Shown piece by piece: positions 8,664 to 20,300 of a DNA stretch of 64,000 bases (position 1 is the stretch's first letter; each line of letters starts with the position of its first letter). The notes under the pieces were generated by a model. That model worked only from the letters and a program-made list of their open reading frames with translations, had not been told where the DNA came from and did no database searches. The stretch is from Eledone cirrhosa (Eukaryota). A program made the position numbers and the translations under genes. The stretch spans positions 358,732,001-358,796,000 of the forward strand of contig OZ024742.1 in the NCBI GenBank assembly GCA_964016885.1. The letters run 5' to 3'.

Positions 8664-9811
8664 GTCTGTTCCTTTGTCTGCCAGTCTGCCTCTATGTCTG
8701 TCTGTCTATCTGGCTGTCTGCCTCTCTGTTTGTCAATCTGCCTGTCTGCCTGTCAGTATGTCTACCTGTCTATCTGTCTGTCTGCCTGTCAGTATGTCTA
8801 CCTGTCTATCTGTCTGTCTGCCTGTCAGTATGTCTACCTGTCTATCTGTCTGTCTACCTGTCAGTATGTCTACCTGTCTATCTGTCTGTCTGCCTGTCAG
8901 TATGTCTACCTGTCTATCTGTCTGTCTGCCTGTCAGTATGTCTACCTGTCTATCTGTCTGTCTGCCTGTCAGTATGTCTACCTGTCTATCTGTCTGTCTG
9001 CCTGTCAGTGTGTCTACCTGTCTATCTGTCTGTCTGCCTGTCAGTATGTCTACCTGTCTATCTGTCTGTCTACCTGTCAGTGTGTCTACCTGTCTATCTG
9101 TCTGTCTGCCTGTCAGTATGTCTACCTGTCTATCTGTCTGTCTACCTGTCAGTATGTCTACCTGTCTATCTGTCTGTCTACCTGTCAGTATGTCTACCTG
9201 TCTATCTGTCTGTCTGCCTGTCAGTATGTCTACCTGTCTATCTGTCTGTCTACCTGTCAGTATGTCTACCTGTCTATCTGTCTGTCTACCTGTCAGTATG
9301 TCTACCTGTCTATCTGTCTGTCTGCCTGTCAGTGTGTCTACCTGTCTATCTGTCTGTCTACCTGTCAGTGTGTCTACCTGTCCATCTGTCTGTCTACCTG
9401 TCAGTATGTCTACCTGTCTATCTGTCTGTCTACCTGTCAGTATGTCTACCTGTCTATCTGTCTGTCTACCTGTCAGTATGTCTACCTGTCTATCTGTCTG
9501 TCTACCTGTCAGTGTGTCTACCTGTCCATCTGTCTGTCTACCTGTCAGTATGTCTACCTGTCTATCTGTCTGTCTACCTGTCAGTATGTCTACCTGTCTA
9601 TCTGTCTGTCTGCCTGTCAGTGTGTCTACCTGTCAATCTGTCTGTCTACCTGTCAGTGTGTCTACCTGTCCATCTGTCTGTCTACCTGTCAGTATGTCTA
9701 CCTGTCTATCTGTCTGTCTGCCTGTCAGTATGTCTACCTGTCTATCTGTCTGTCTACCTGTCAGTATGTCTACCTGTCTATCTGTCTGTCTACCTGTCTG
9801 TCTGTCTCTCT
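8664..9811. repeat. 36-bp minisatellite (~29 units) made of nine TGTC-like tetramers, with a degenerate left end
   Basis: Unit TGTCTACCTGTCTATCTGTCTGTCT(G/A)CCTGTCAGT(A/G); 12-aa periodicity in the ORF track. Confidence 0.97.
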
Positions 9812-9986
9812 GAGGATAGTAGACGTGTGTCATATCGCTCTGTGATTTGGATTTTTACCTGCTAATTTTGTGAGTGGATTTTTTTGAATTATTTTGTATA
9901 ATTAACTGTAACCCCTAGTCTGGGACTCTAGACGTCGGGTAAATATATTTTCACCCCTTTTGGGGTGAAAAATAAATATTTGAGAA

Positions 9987-11741
9987 ATGTTTATCGATAT
10001 CGTTGATAACGATATCGTCGAAAACGATATCGCCATATTGGAAGCGAACGCCACGCCGACCAAAAAAACAAGCGGGAAAGAGGGAACAACAGTTCAAACT
10101 GTTGAACAACCCCTCCTCTCCAATGAAAAAAAGAATTTCAATTCAAATGAAAAAATTAATTTTGAAGAAAAAAATAGCACCACAAATAAGGAAACCAACA
10201 ACATTACAACAACAAACAAAGACAAAATTTCTTTTGCCCAAACACTTAGGAGAGCCACGGAATACAAAGCCATTGACATCACGAACGCCAAGGAAAATTT
10301 GCTAGAGGCTAGAAAATACGTATCTTTTGGGGAGGATGGTTCTTTTACGATCAACTCCCCAGAAGAAGTGCGTGAACAGATTTACAAGAATACCGTAAGC
10401 TACAGAACCATAACCAACGAAACGAGAAAGCCAGCGCAATTGACCGAAAGTCAAATCGAGCTGGTTCTGAAAGAAATTAAAAATGACATACTCTTTATTC
10501 AAAGAGGAAAGCTGTATGCCAGCATTATGGTCCGAATGAAGGACGAAATGCTGGCTCAGAAATATTCGGTGGCACCTATAGTGTCACCACATTACACCTT
10601 CTTCCCCACATATAAAGGAAGAAGAACACAAAGGATAAGAATGTGGAGCCCTACGCCAGAAATTAACATCTGGTCCGTCCTAACAGGATTTACCGACCTA
10701 GATAAGGACATACTAATTTCAGCAGGGGAGTCCACCAGTGGACTGTTCGGGGGGAAAAGTCTGGAGGTTCTCTTACAGATGACACCTGAGAGAATCTCCG
10801 GAATACCCGACCGAGTGCTACTGGATGGGCGAACCTACATAAATATCACAGTGGAAGGCAGGAGACCCTCATGTTACCACTGCGCTGGCAGAGGTCACCT
10901 GAGGACGGCCTGCCCTCTACTAACAACAAAAAAACCACTGCTACAAACACCACAACAACAACAAAAACAACCAGCACCACCATCACAAAAACAACAAAAT
11001 ACACTACCATCACCACCAGAACAACAAAAACCAACAACACCACCACCACCACCACCACAACAACAACATCAACAACAGCTCAAGAAAACAACCCAAAACA
11101 CGGTCCCACCCAGCCCCACCCCACAGAACACAAATACAAAAACAGTTCATACACAACCCGGAGATATACCCCTCCCCTCCAATACGGAAGAGGAGCTCAT
11201 ATCGTCGGAAGACGAGGGGGCTCCCTTCCAAAAAGTGAAAAGAAAAAAACGTACACACACCACAACAACAAAAATAACCCCACCTGACAACACAACACAG
11301 ACAATAAAACGCAAACTCACTCAACAACAACAAGCAAAAACAAACACAACAACACAAAAACTCTACACATACATAAACAAAAACAATGAAAACCTAACTT
11401 TAAAAATAGAAACCAACCCTTCGATACAAACCGAAGGGCCGAATTTCGTAACGGCAATGGGGCTCCCTAACCTGAAAATGGTGAAAATCCCACTTGACAT
11501 TTTTAAAACTTTAAAAGACATGTACCCTGAGGACGTGGGCCCACCCTGCACCAGGCCACTCAACCGCGTCCTCCTGAAAGGTTTTCCCCTCCCCTCCTCA
11601 AACACCCACACAACTCCAAAGATCCCAACCCCTCCACACACCAATACCCCCACACCACCACAAACCACCACCCCACCCATCAACCCCGCCACCAGCCCCA
11701 TGGAAACTGAGCGACCCGAACCCCGGGACGCAGAGAGGTAA
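9987..11741 (+). CDS. ORF1 (584 aa), copy 3
   Basis: Near-identical to copy 2 ORF1. Confidence 0.93.
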   Translation: MFIDIVDNDIVENDIAILEANATPTKKTSGKEGTTVQTVEQPLLSNEKKNFNSNEKINFEEKNSTTNKETNNITTTNKDKISFAQTLRRATEYKAIDITNAKENLLEARKYVSFGEDGSFTINSPEEVREQIYKNTVSYRTITNETRKPAQLTESQIELVLKEIKNDILFIQRGKLYASIMVRMKDEMLAQKYSVAPIVSPHYTFFPTYKGRRTQRIRMWSPTPEINIWSVLTGFTDLDKDILISAGESTSGLFGGKSLEVLLQMTPERISGIPDRVLLDGRTYINITVEGRRPSCYHCAGRGHLRTACPLLTTKKPLLQTPQQQQKQPAPPSQKQQNTLPSPPEQQKPTTPPPPPPQQQHQQQLKKTTQNTVPPSPTPQNTNTKTVHTQPGDIPLPSNTEEELISSEDEGAPFQKVKRKKRTHTTTTKITPPDNTTQTIKRKLTQQQQAKTNTTTQKLYTYINKNNENLTLKIETNPSIQTEGPNFVTAMGLPNLKMVKIPLDIFKTLKDMYPEDVGPPCTRPLNRVLLKGFPLPSSNTHTTPKIPTPPHTNTPTPPQTTTPPINPATSPMETERPEPRDAER

Positions 11742-11764
11742 GTGCCTCTTTCTTTGCCACCAAC

Positions 11765-14700
11765 ATGGCTGTCTTAAGAGTGGGTTGTCTAAATGCGCGT
11801 GGCCTGGGCTCACCTTGGAAGCAAGCTAAACTTCTAAGTGACCTCAGGTCACAATGTGTAAATGTGATGGTTATTTGCGAGGCCCGGATCAGCAGCATGC
11901 GACAGCTAACCCCCACCTTTGATGACTTTGAGATGCACGCATCTCTCTGTCAGCCCGGAGGTGGGGGTGGGGTTGTCGTTCTGCTGCAAAAACATCTGGG
12001 TCTCGCTACACAGACGGTACACTTGGACCCGGAGGGTCGACTCGTGGTTCTGGACCTTGGCAATGGCGAAGGCGAAGCTTTTAGGCTTGTCGCCGTATAC
12101 GCCCCTTTTGGGGCAATGCGGTCGGACTTCTTCCATCGTCTGGAGACTTTTCTAGGGACGTCCCGCTCCTTGCTTTTAGTGGGGGACTGGAATGGTATCC
12201 TAGATGCACGTTGGGACTATGAGGGGGCATGTCCCGATAGAGGGGGGTGTAACAGCCTTAAGGGGTTAATCGGCCGATTCGACCTGGCCGATAGATACCG
12301 ACTAGATTTTCCGACTGTACCAACCTGGACCTGGTCAAATAACAGTGGTCAATCTAGATCGTACCTAGATAGGATCTTAGTTAGAATTAAGGATAGGGAC
12401 TTTTTAAGTTGTCCAGAAATGCTCATGGTGGGCTATTCAGACCACAAGTTAGTGACCTGCGTAGTCCACCTTGATAGAACGCATAGGCAGGGGCCCGGTT
12501 ACTGGAAGCTCAACTTGTCCTTACCGGCAAGTAGAGCTTACAGGGACCGGATTAGAACCTTAGTTAAGGAGCAGTTGACGGGCGCCATCGTCAACAACAG
12601 GTGGTGGGGCTCTCTAAAAAGAGAGATTAGAGTAGTTTCAATAGGAGTTAGTAAGGAGTTAGCCTCAGGTAGAAATAGGAAGGAAAGGGAGTTGGTAGTT
12701 AATGTTGAAGAGGCAATGAGAAGCGGCAACGTGGCCAGAGTGCAAGCGTCGAGAACGGTCTTGAACCAGTTCTTCGACGCGAAACACGAAGGCTGCGTTG
12801 TCCGAAGCAAAATACGTGCTCTGGGAAACGAGGGGACCAAAGCTGTTAGCTGGGCCCGCGTGACAGAAGCGAAAAGTGGGATTAAATCCACTATCCGGTC
12901 TTTGCGAGACCAGGATGGACGGCTGATCCTTGAACCTAAGCAAATGTGCGAGGCCTTTCAAAGGCACTTTGCCGAATTGTTCGGGAGGGGCGGGGAGCCG
13001 GTTGGAGATGTGGATTTCGGTCCATACCTCGACGGCCTGCCGCGTCTTTCGGACAGGGAGGCGAGGTCCTGCGACGGGCCGATCTCAGCGGCTGAAATAG
13101 GGGACGTGCTGAGCCTATGCGGCAAACGCAAATCTCCAGGACTCGATGGTCTGCCCTACGAACTATATATTAATATGCCGGACTTGTTCCCCGATCTCCT
13201 CGAGGCGGTCTACTGCAACTGGCAACAGAACGGGAGAATTCCCTGTTCTGTGACCAAGGGCGTAGTCTCGCTAGTGAGGAAGGACGAGAACAAGGGGGAT
13301 GACATTAGTAATTTTAGGCCCATAACTCTGCTAAATGCAGAGTTAAAGATTTTGGCGAAGGTGTTAGCGAAGAGGTTGGCGCTTGTCGTGGGGGGCCTGG
13401 TGGGAGATGCGCAGACATGCGCTATCCCGTCCAGGTCCATCCACGACAACCTCCACCTCATGCGATACATCATAGAGAGGGTTGGGAACGAACCCGGCTT
13501 TGGTGGGGCCCTGATAAATTTAGATCAGTCTAAAGCGTTCGATAGGGTGGACCATGGTTACCTGGATGCGGTGCTAGCGGCGGCTGGGTTCGGACCCGTT
13601 TTCAGGGGCTGGATCACTGCCATGCACAGCAGCCGCATCTGCTCTAGAATCAAGGTGAACGGCTACCTTTCGGAGCCGTTCGAAATCACCCGCTCCATCC
13701 GACAGGGGTGCCCTCTCTCCTCCCTTCTGTATGTATTGACTCTCGAGCCATTACTGCGGAAGTTGGAGTTGTTGCAGGGCATCCCTTTGGAACCGGGATT
13801 GCGCAAAGCGGTGTCGGCCTACGCCGATGACGTAACAGTAATGGTGTCGACCGCCTCGGAAATCGAGGCAATCGGCACCTTACTAGAGGAGTACGAAAGG
13901 TTGACAGGGGCTAAGCTGAACCGGGACAAGTCAGTCGCTTTGCAACTCGGCGAGTGGAGGGGCAAAGCGATGTCGTGCGACGGTATCGTCGGACGGTGGA
14001 CGGAGGGCCCGGTGAAGTTGCTTGGGGTCTGGTTCGGACCGGACCTCCAGGTGGAGAAAAACTGGGGTGAGGTGACGAATAGGGTGTTTGCACTGACCCA
14101 GAAGTGGGCCGAGTGCAAACTATCCCTAAAAGGTCGGGCGGAGGTGGCGAACGCTTACATAGCGTCCGTCATCTATTACCGCTTGACTGTCGTGCCTTGC
14201 CCGGGTGAGATCCTCGCCAAAATGGAGCGCGCCCTCTTTTATTTCCTTTGGAAGAAGAGGTCTCCTCTAGTGAGGAGATCCATCTGCTGTCAACACCCTT
14301 TGAAAGGAGGGCTGGGGATGCCGTGGCTAAAAATGCGTAAACACGCATTGAGGCTAAGGCACCTCCACGTATTCCTCACCGGTCAACCGGTGTGGGCCCC
14401 GTTTGTGAGGCGAGCCTTCCCGAGGCTCGTCTCGCTCACCGAGCTGCAGTCCTGGGTGAAGCAAAGACCGAGAAAACTGGGCGACTGGCACACCGAGTGT
14501 GCCCAGGCGCTCACGGCTCTCTGGCAGGCGGACCCGGCTATCGACGGAGACTCCACCTCGTCATTCTATAGAGGGCTGGTGGTTAGCGGGTGCGACGACG
14601 CCCTCGGAGAAGCCCTAGGCATGGAGGAGGACGAACTGGCCAGTCTATTCGGTAGGACTTTCGGCCCGGGACCTATGGACAACTTCCAGAAGTCCTTGGC

Positions 14701-15202
14701 CTGGCAGTGCTACCGAGGAGCTCTGCCCGTTCGGGATAAGCTCTACAGACACGGGCGCCCGGGTAGGGACCCCTCGAAAAAGATCTGTCCCAGATGCGTG
14801 CGCGACGAGGAAACCGTCGCGCACGCATTGGTGCACTGCCCGGGCGTTGCCGATCTGTGGGGCTATGTCGAACGACTGCTGTCACGGGTGGGACCAATTA
14901 GGTTGACCACCGAGTCCATTGTAACGATCAAGCCACCTCCCCCCTTCAAAAATGAAGGAGAGGCGGTCTTCCTCTGTGTAATAGCCATGGTAAAAGAGGC
15001 TATATGGTGGACGCGTCTGAAAGGGCTGAGGTCGGACACCTTTCTCTCCGGCCAACAACTGGTCCTTTTCTTCCGATACCATTTCGGAAGAAGGATCAGG
15101 ATGGAGAGAGAGGTGCTCCACTCCAGCCAGTTTTATGAAAGGTGGGTGAAAGTTGCGAGAATGGCCCGTGTGAATGGGCCTTCTCTCTACCTCAGCCTGT
15201 AG
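11765..15202 (+). CDS. ORF2 (1145 aa), copy 3
   Basis: APE, RT and zinc-finger motifs intact. Confidence 0.97.
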   Translation: MAVLRVGCLNARGLGSPWKQAKLLSDLRSQCVNVMVICEARISSMRQLTPTFDDFEMHASLCQPGGGGGVVVLLQKHLGLATQTVHLDPEGRLVVLDLGNGEGEAFRLVAVYAPFGAMRSDFFHRLETFLGTSRSLLLVGDWNGILDARWDYEGACPDRGGCNSLKGLIGRFDLADRYRLDFPTVPTWTWSNNSGQSRSYLDRILVRIKDRDFLSCPEMLMVGYSDHKLVTCVVHLDRTHRQGPGYWKLNLSLPASRAYRDRIRTLVKEQLTGAIVNNRWWGSLKREIRVVSIGVSKELASGRNRKERELVVNVEEAMRSGNVARVQASRTVLNQFFDAKHEGCVVRSKIRALGNEGTKAVSWARVTEAKSGIKSTIRSLRDQDGRLILEPKQMCEAFQRHFAELFGRGGEPVGDVDFGPYLDGLPRLSDREARSCDGPISAAEIGDVLSLCGKRKSPGLDGLPYELYINMPDLFPDLLEAVYCNWQQNGRIPCSVTKGVVSLVRKDENKGDDISNFRPITLLNAELKILAKVLAKRLALVVGGLVGDAQTCAIPSRSIHDNLHLMRYIIERVGNEPGFGGALINLDQSKAFDRVDHGYLDAVLAAAGFGPVFRGWITAMHSSRICSRIKVNGYLSEPFEITRSIRQGCPLSSLLYVLTLEPLLRKLELLQGIPLEPGLRKAVSAYADDVTVMVSTASEIEAIGTLLEEYERLTGAKLNRDKSVALQLGEWRGKAMSCDGIVGRWTEGPVKLLGVWFGPDLQVEKNWGEVTNRVFALTQKWAECKLSLKGRAEVANAYIASVIYYRLTVVPCPGEILAKMERALFYFLWKKRSPLVRRSICCQHPLKGGLGMPWLKMRKHALRLRHLHVFLTGQPVWAPFVRRAFPRLVSLTELQSWVKQRPRKLGDWHTECAQALTALWQADPAIDGDSTSSFYRGLVVSGCDDALGEALGMEEDELASLFGRTFGPGPMDNFQKSLAWQCYRGALPVRDKLYRHGRPGRDPSKKICPRCVRDEETVAHALVHCPGVADLWGYVERLLSRVGPIRLTTESIVTIKPPPPFKNEGEAVFLCVIAMVKEAIWWTRLKGLRSDTFLSGQQLVLFFRYHFGRRIRMEREVLHSSQFYERWVKVARMARVNGPSLYLSL

Positions 15203-15610
15203 GTGGAACAGAAAGAAGGGAGCACCCTCTCTTTGTGCTCCCGTGGAGAAGGGTCGCACACTTTTTTTCGGGGGTGTGTGTGACCCCAAAACGATCCCTC
15301 CCTATTGAGGACCTTCTTGTTACTATTTTGTTTGTTATATTTTTCTTACTCGATTTTTATGTAAACTCCCCCCACCCATGTACATGTCCCTTTCTTTTGT
15401 GCCCTAGTGGCAAATAAACAGAAATTTGTCTGTCTGAGGATAGTAGACGTGTGTCATATCGCTCTGTGATTTGGATTTTTACCTGCTAATTTTGTGAGTG
15501 GATTTTTTTGAATTATTTTGTATAATTAACTCTAACCCCTAGTCTGGGACTCTAGACGTCGGGTAAATATATTTTCACCCCTTTTGGGGTGAAAAATAAT
15601 TATTTGAGAA

Positions 15611-17365
15611 ATGTTTATCGATATCGTTGATAACGATATCGTCGAAAACGATATCGCCATATTGGAAGCGAACGCCACGCCGACCAAAAAAACAAGCGGG
15701 AAAGAGGGAACAACAGTTCAAACTGTTGAACAACCCCTCCTCTCCAATGAAAAAAAGAATTTCAATTCAAATGAAAAAATTAATTTTCAAGAAAAAAATA
15801 ACACCACAAATAAGGAAACCAACAACATTACAACAACAAACAAAGACAAAATTTCTTTTGCCCAAACACTCAAGAGAGCCACGGAGTACAAAGCCATTGA
15901 CATCACGAACGCCAAGGAAAATTTGCTAGAGGCTAGAAAATACGTATCTTTTGGGGAGGATGGTTCTTTTACGATCAACTCCCCAGAAGAAGTGCGTGAA
16001 CAGATTTACAAGAATACCGTAAGCTACAGAACCATAACCAACGAAACGAGAAAGCCAGCGCAATTGACCGAAAGTCAAATCGAGCTGGTTCTGAAAGAAA
16101 TTAAAAATGACATACTCTTTATTCAAAGAGGAAAGCTGTATGCCAGCATTATGGTCCGAATGAAGGACGAAATGCTGGCTCAGAAATATTCGGTGGCACC
16201 TATAGTGTCACCACATTACACCTTCTTCCCCACATATAAAGGAAGAAGAACACAAAGGATAAGAATGTGGAGCCCTACGCCAGAAATTAACATCTGGTCC
16301 GTCCTAACAGGATTTACCGACCTAGATAAGGACATACTAATTTCAGCAGGGGAGTCCACCAGTGGACTGTTCGGGGGGAAAAGTCTGGAGGTTCTCTTAC
16401 AGATGACACCTGAGAGAATCTCCGGAATACCCGACCGAGTGCTACTGGATGGGCGAACCTACATAAATATCACAGTGGAAGGCAGGAGACCCTCATGTTA
16501 CCACTGCGCTGGCAGAGGTCACCTGAGGACGGCCTGCCCTCTACTAACAACAAAAAAACCACTGCTACAAACACCACAACAACAACAAAAACAACCAGCA
16601 CCACCATCACAAAAACAACAAAATACACTACCATCACCACCAGAACAACAAAAACCAACAACACCACCACCACCACCACCACAACAACAACATCAACAAC
16701 AGCTCAAGAAAACAACCCAAAACACGGTCCCACCCAGCCCCACCCCACAGAACACAAATACAAAAACAGTTCATACACAACCCGGAGATATACCCCTCCC
16801 CTCCAATACGGAAGAGGAGCTCATATCGTCGGAAGACGAGGGGGCTCCCTTCCAAAAAGTGAAAAGAAAAAAACGTACACACACCACAACAACAAAAATA
16901 ACCCCACCTGACAACACAACACAGACAATAAAACGCAAACTCACTCAACAACAACAAGCAAAAACAAACACAACAACACAAAAACTCTACACATACATAA
17001 ACAAAAACAATGAAAACCTAACTTTAAAAATAGAAACCAACCCTTCGATACAAACCGAAGGGCCGAATTTCGTAACGGCAATGGGGCTCCCTAACCTGAA
17101 AATGGTGAAAATCCCACTTGACATTTTTAAAACTTTAAAAGACATGTACCCTGAGGACGTGGGCCCACCCTGCACCAGGCCACTCAACCGCGTCCTCCTG
17201 AAAGGTTTTCCCCTCCCCTCCTCAAACACCCACACAACTCCAAAGATCCCAACCCCTCCACACACCAATACCCCCACACCACCACAAACCACCACCCCAC
17301 CCGTCAACCCCGCCACCAGCCCCATGGAAACTGAGCGACCCGAACCCCGGGACGCAGAGAGGTAA
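15611..17365 (+). CDS. ORF1 (584 aa), copy 4
   Basis: Near-identical to the other ORF1 copies; QEKNNT/LKR variant. Confidence 0.93.
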   Translation: MFIDIVDNDIVENDIAILEANATPTKKTSGKEGTTVQTVEQPLLSNEKKNFNSNEKINFQEKNNTTNKETNNITTTNKDKISFAQTLKRATEYKAIDITNAKENLLEARKYVSFGEDGSFTINSPEEVREQIYKNTVSYRTITNETRKPAQLTESQIELVLKEIKNDILFIQRGKLYASIMVRMKDEMLAQKYSVAPIVSPHYTFFPTYKGRRTQRIRMWSPTPEINIWSVLTGFTDLDKDILISAGESTSGLFGGKSLEVLLQMTPERISGIPDRVLLDGRTYINITVEGRRPSCYHCAGRGHLRTACPLLTTKKPLLQTPQQQQKQPAPPSQKQQNTLPSPPEQQKPTTPPPPPPQQQHQQQLKKTTQNTVPPSPTPQNTNTKTVHTQPGDIPLPSNTEEELISSEDEGAPFQKVKRKKRTHTTTTKITPPDNTTQTIKRKLTQQQQAKTNTTTQKLYTYINKNNENLTLKIETNPSIQTEGPNFVTAMGLPNLKMVKIPLDIFKTLKDMYPEDVGPPCTRPLNRVLLKGFPLPSSNTHTTPKIPTPPHTNTPTPPQTTTPPVNPATSPMETERPEPRDAER

Positions 17366-17388
17366 GTGCCTCTTTCTTTGCCACCAAC

Positions 17389-20300
17389 ATGGCTGTCTTA
17401 AGAGTGGGTTGTCTAAATGCGCGTGGCCTGGGCTCACCTTGGAAGCAAGCTAAACTTCTAAGTGACTTCAGGTCACAATGTGTAAATGTGATGGTTATTT
17501 GCGAGGCCCGGATCAGCAGCATGCGACAGCTAACCCCCACCTTTGATGACTTTGAGATGCACGCATCTCTCTGTCAGCCCGGAGGTGGGGGTGGGGTTGT
17601 CGTTCTGCTGCAAAAACATCTGGGTCTCGCTACACAGACGGTACACTTGGACCCGGAGGGTCGACTCGTGGTTCTGGACCTTGGCAATGGCGAAGGCGAA
17701 GCTTTTAGGCTTGTCGCCGTATACGCCCCTTTTGGGGCAATGCGGTCGGACTTCTTCCATCGTCTGGAGACTTTTCTAGGGACGTCCCGCTCCTTGCTTT
17801 TAGTGGGGGACTGGAATGGTATCCTAGATGCACGTTGGGACTATGTAGGGGCATGTCCCGATAGAGGGGGGTGTAACAGCCTTAAGGGGTTAATCGGTCG
17901 ATTCGACCTGGCCGATAGATACCGACTAGATTTTCCGACTGTACCAACCTGGACCTGGTCAAATAACAGTGGTCAATCTAGATCGTACCTAGATAGGTTC
18001 TTAGTTAGAATTAAGGATAGGGACTTTTTAAGTTGTCCAGAAATGCTCATGGTGGGCTATTCAGACCACAAGTTAGTGACCTGCGTAGTCCACCTTGATA
18101 GAACGCATAGGCAGGGGCCCGGTTACTGGAAGCTCAACTTGTCCTTACCGGCAAGTAGAGCTTACAGGGACCGGATTAGAACCTTAGTTAAGGAGCAGTT
18201 GACGGGCGCCATCGTCAACAACAGGTGGTGGGGCTCTCTAAAAAGAGAGATTAGAGTAGTTTCAATAGGAGTTAGTAAGGAGTTAGCCTCAGATAGAAAT
18301 AGGAAGGAAAGGGAGTTGGTAGTTAATGTTGAAGAGGCAATGAGAAGCGGCAACGTGGCCAGAGTGCAAGCGTCGAGAACGGTCTTGAACCAGTTCTTCG
18401 ACGCGAAACACGAAGGCTGCGTTGTCCGAAGCAAAATACGTGCTCTGGGAAACGAGGGGACCAAAGCTGTTAGCTGGGCCCGCGTGACAGAAGCGAAAAG
18501 TGGGATTAAATCCACTATCCGGTCTTTGCGAGACCAGGATGGACGGCTGATCCTTGAACCTAAGCAAATGTGCGAGGCCTTTCAAAGGCACTTTGCCCAA
18601 TTGTTCGGGAGGGGCGGGGAGCCGGTTGGAGATGTGGATTTCGGTCCATACCTCGACGGCCTGCCGCGTCTTTCGGACAGGGAGGCGAGGTCCTGCGACG
18701 GGCCGATCTCAGCTGCTGAAATAGGGGACGTGCTGAGCCTATGCGGCAAACGCAAATCTCCAGGACTCGATGGTCTGCCCTACGAACTATATATTAATAT
18801 GCCGGACTTGTTCCCCGATCTCCTCGAGGCGGTCTACTGCAACTGGCAACAGAACGGGAGAATTCCCTGTTCTGTGACCAAGGGCGTAGTCTCGCTAGTG
18901 AGGAAGGACGAGAACAAGGGGGATGACATTAGTAATTTTAGGCCCATAACTCTGCTAAATGCAGAGTTAAAGATTTTGGCGAAGGTGTTAGCGAAGAGGT
19001 TGGCGCTTGTCGTGGGGGGCCTGGTGGGAGATGCGCAGACATGCGCTATCCCGTCCAGGTCCATCCACGACAACCTCCACCTCATGCGATACATCATAGA
19101 GAGGGTTGGGAACGAACCCGGCTTTGGTGGGGCCCTGATAAATTTAGATCAGTCTAAAGCGTTCGATAGGGTGGACCATGGTTACCTGGATGCGGTGCTA
19201 GCGGCGGCTGGGTTCGGACCCGTTTTCAGGGGCTGGATCACTGCCATGCACAGCAGCCGCATCTGCTCTAGAGTCAAGGTGAACGGCTACCTTTCGGAGC
19301 CGTTCGAAATCACCCGCTCCATCCGACAGGGGTGCCCTCTCTCCTCCCTTCTGTATGTGTTGACTCTCGAGCCATTACTGCGGAAGTTGGAGTTGTTGCA
19401 GGGCATCCCTTTGGAACCGGGATTGCGCAAAGCGGTGTCGGCCTACGCCGATGACGTAACAGTAATGGTGTCGACCGCCTCGGAAATCGAGGCGATCGGC
19501 ACCTTACTAGAGGAGTACGAAAGGTTGACAGGGGCTAAGCTGAACCGGGACAAGTCAATCGCTTTGCAACTCGGCGAGTGGAGGGGCAAAGCGATGTCGT
19601 GCGACGGTATCGTCGGACGGTGGACGGAGGGCCCGGTGAAGCTGCTTGGGGTCTGGTTCGGACCGGACCTCCAGGTGGAGAAAAACTGGGGTGAGGTGAC
19701 GAATAGGGTGTTTGCACTGACCCAGAAGTGGGCCGAGTGCAAACTATCCCTAAAAGGTCGGGCGGAGGTGGTGAACGCTTACATAGCGTCCGTCATCTAT
19801 TACCGCTTGACTGTCGTGCCTTGCCCGGGTGAGATCCTCGCCAAAATGGAGCGCGCCCTCTTTTATTTCCTTTGGAAGAAGAGGTCTCCTCTAGTGAGGA
19901 GATCCATCTGCTGTCAACACCCTTTGAAAGGAGGGCTGGGGATGCCGTGGCTAAAAATGCGTAAACACGCATTGAGGCTAAGGCACCTCCACGTATTCCT
20001 CACCGGTCAACCGGTGTGGGCCCCGTTTGTGAGGCGAGCCTTCCCGAGGCTCGTCTCGCTCACCGAGCTGCAGTCCTGGGTGAAGCAAAGACCGAGAAAA
20101 CTGGGCGACTGGCACACCGAGTGTGCCCAGGCGCTCACGGCTCTCTGGCAGGCGGACCCGGCTATCGACGGAGACTCCACCTCGTCATTCTATAGAGGGC
20201 TGGTGGTTAGCGGGTGCGACGACGCCCTCGGAGAAGCCCTAGGCATGGAGGAGGACGAACTGGCCAGTCTATTCGGTAGGACTTTCGGCCCGGGACCTAT

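Larger units (their letters stand above)
9812..15427 (+). mobile_element. Tx1-like retrotransposon copy 3, full length, both ORFs intact
   Basis: Shared termini, 5616 bp. Confidence 0.96.

Noticed and set aside
8664-9811. CRISPR-like 36-bp periodicity
   Set aside because: There are no unique spacers and no cas genes, and the context is eukaryotic.
8643-9865. Long Cys/Ser/Leu-rich ORFs (400, 383 and 285 aa), and similar ORFs at 49071-49632
   Set aside because: They are translations of a stop-free 36-bp minisatellite, open in all three frames, with no sign of coding function.
15421-15445. GAAA...CTGAGGA across unit junctions resembling hammerhead cores (CUGANGA)
   Set aside because: Only 9 nt separate the motifs in the short spacers and TCTG repeats cannot form helices I and III. 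No GAAA follows a helix II downstream.
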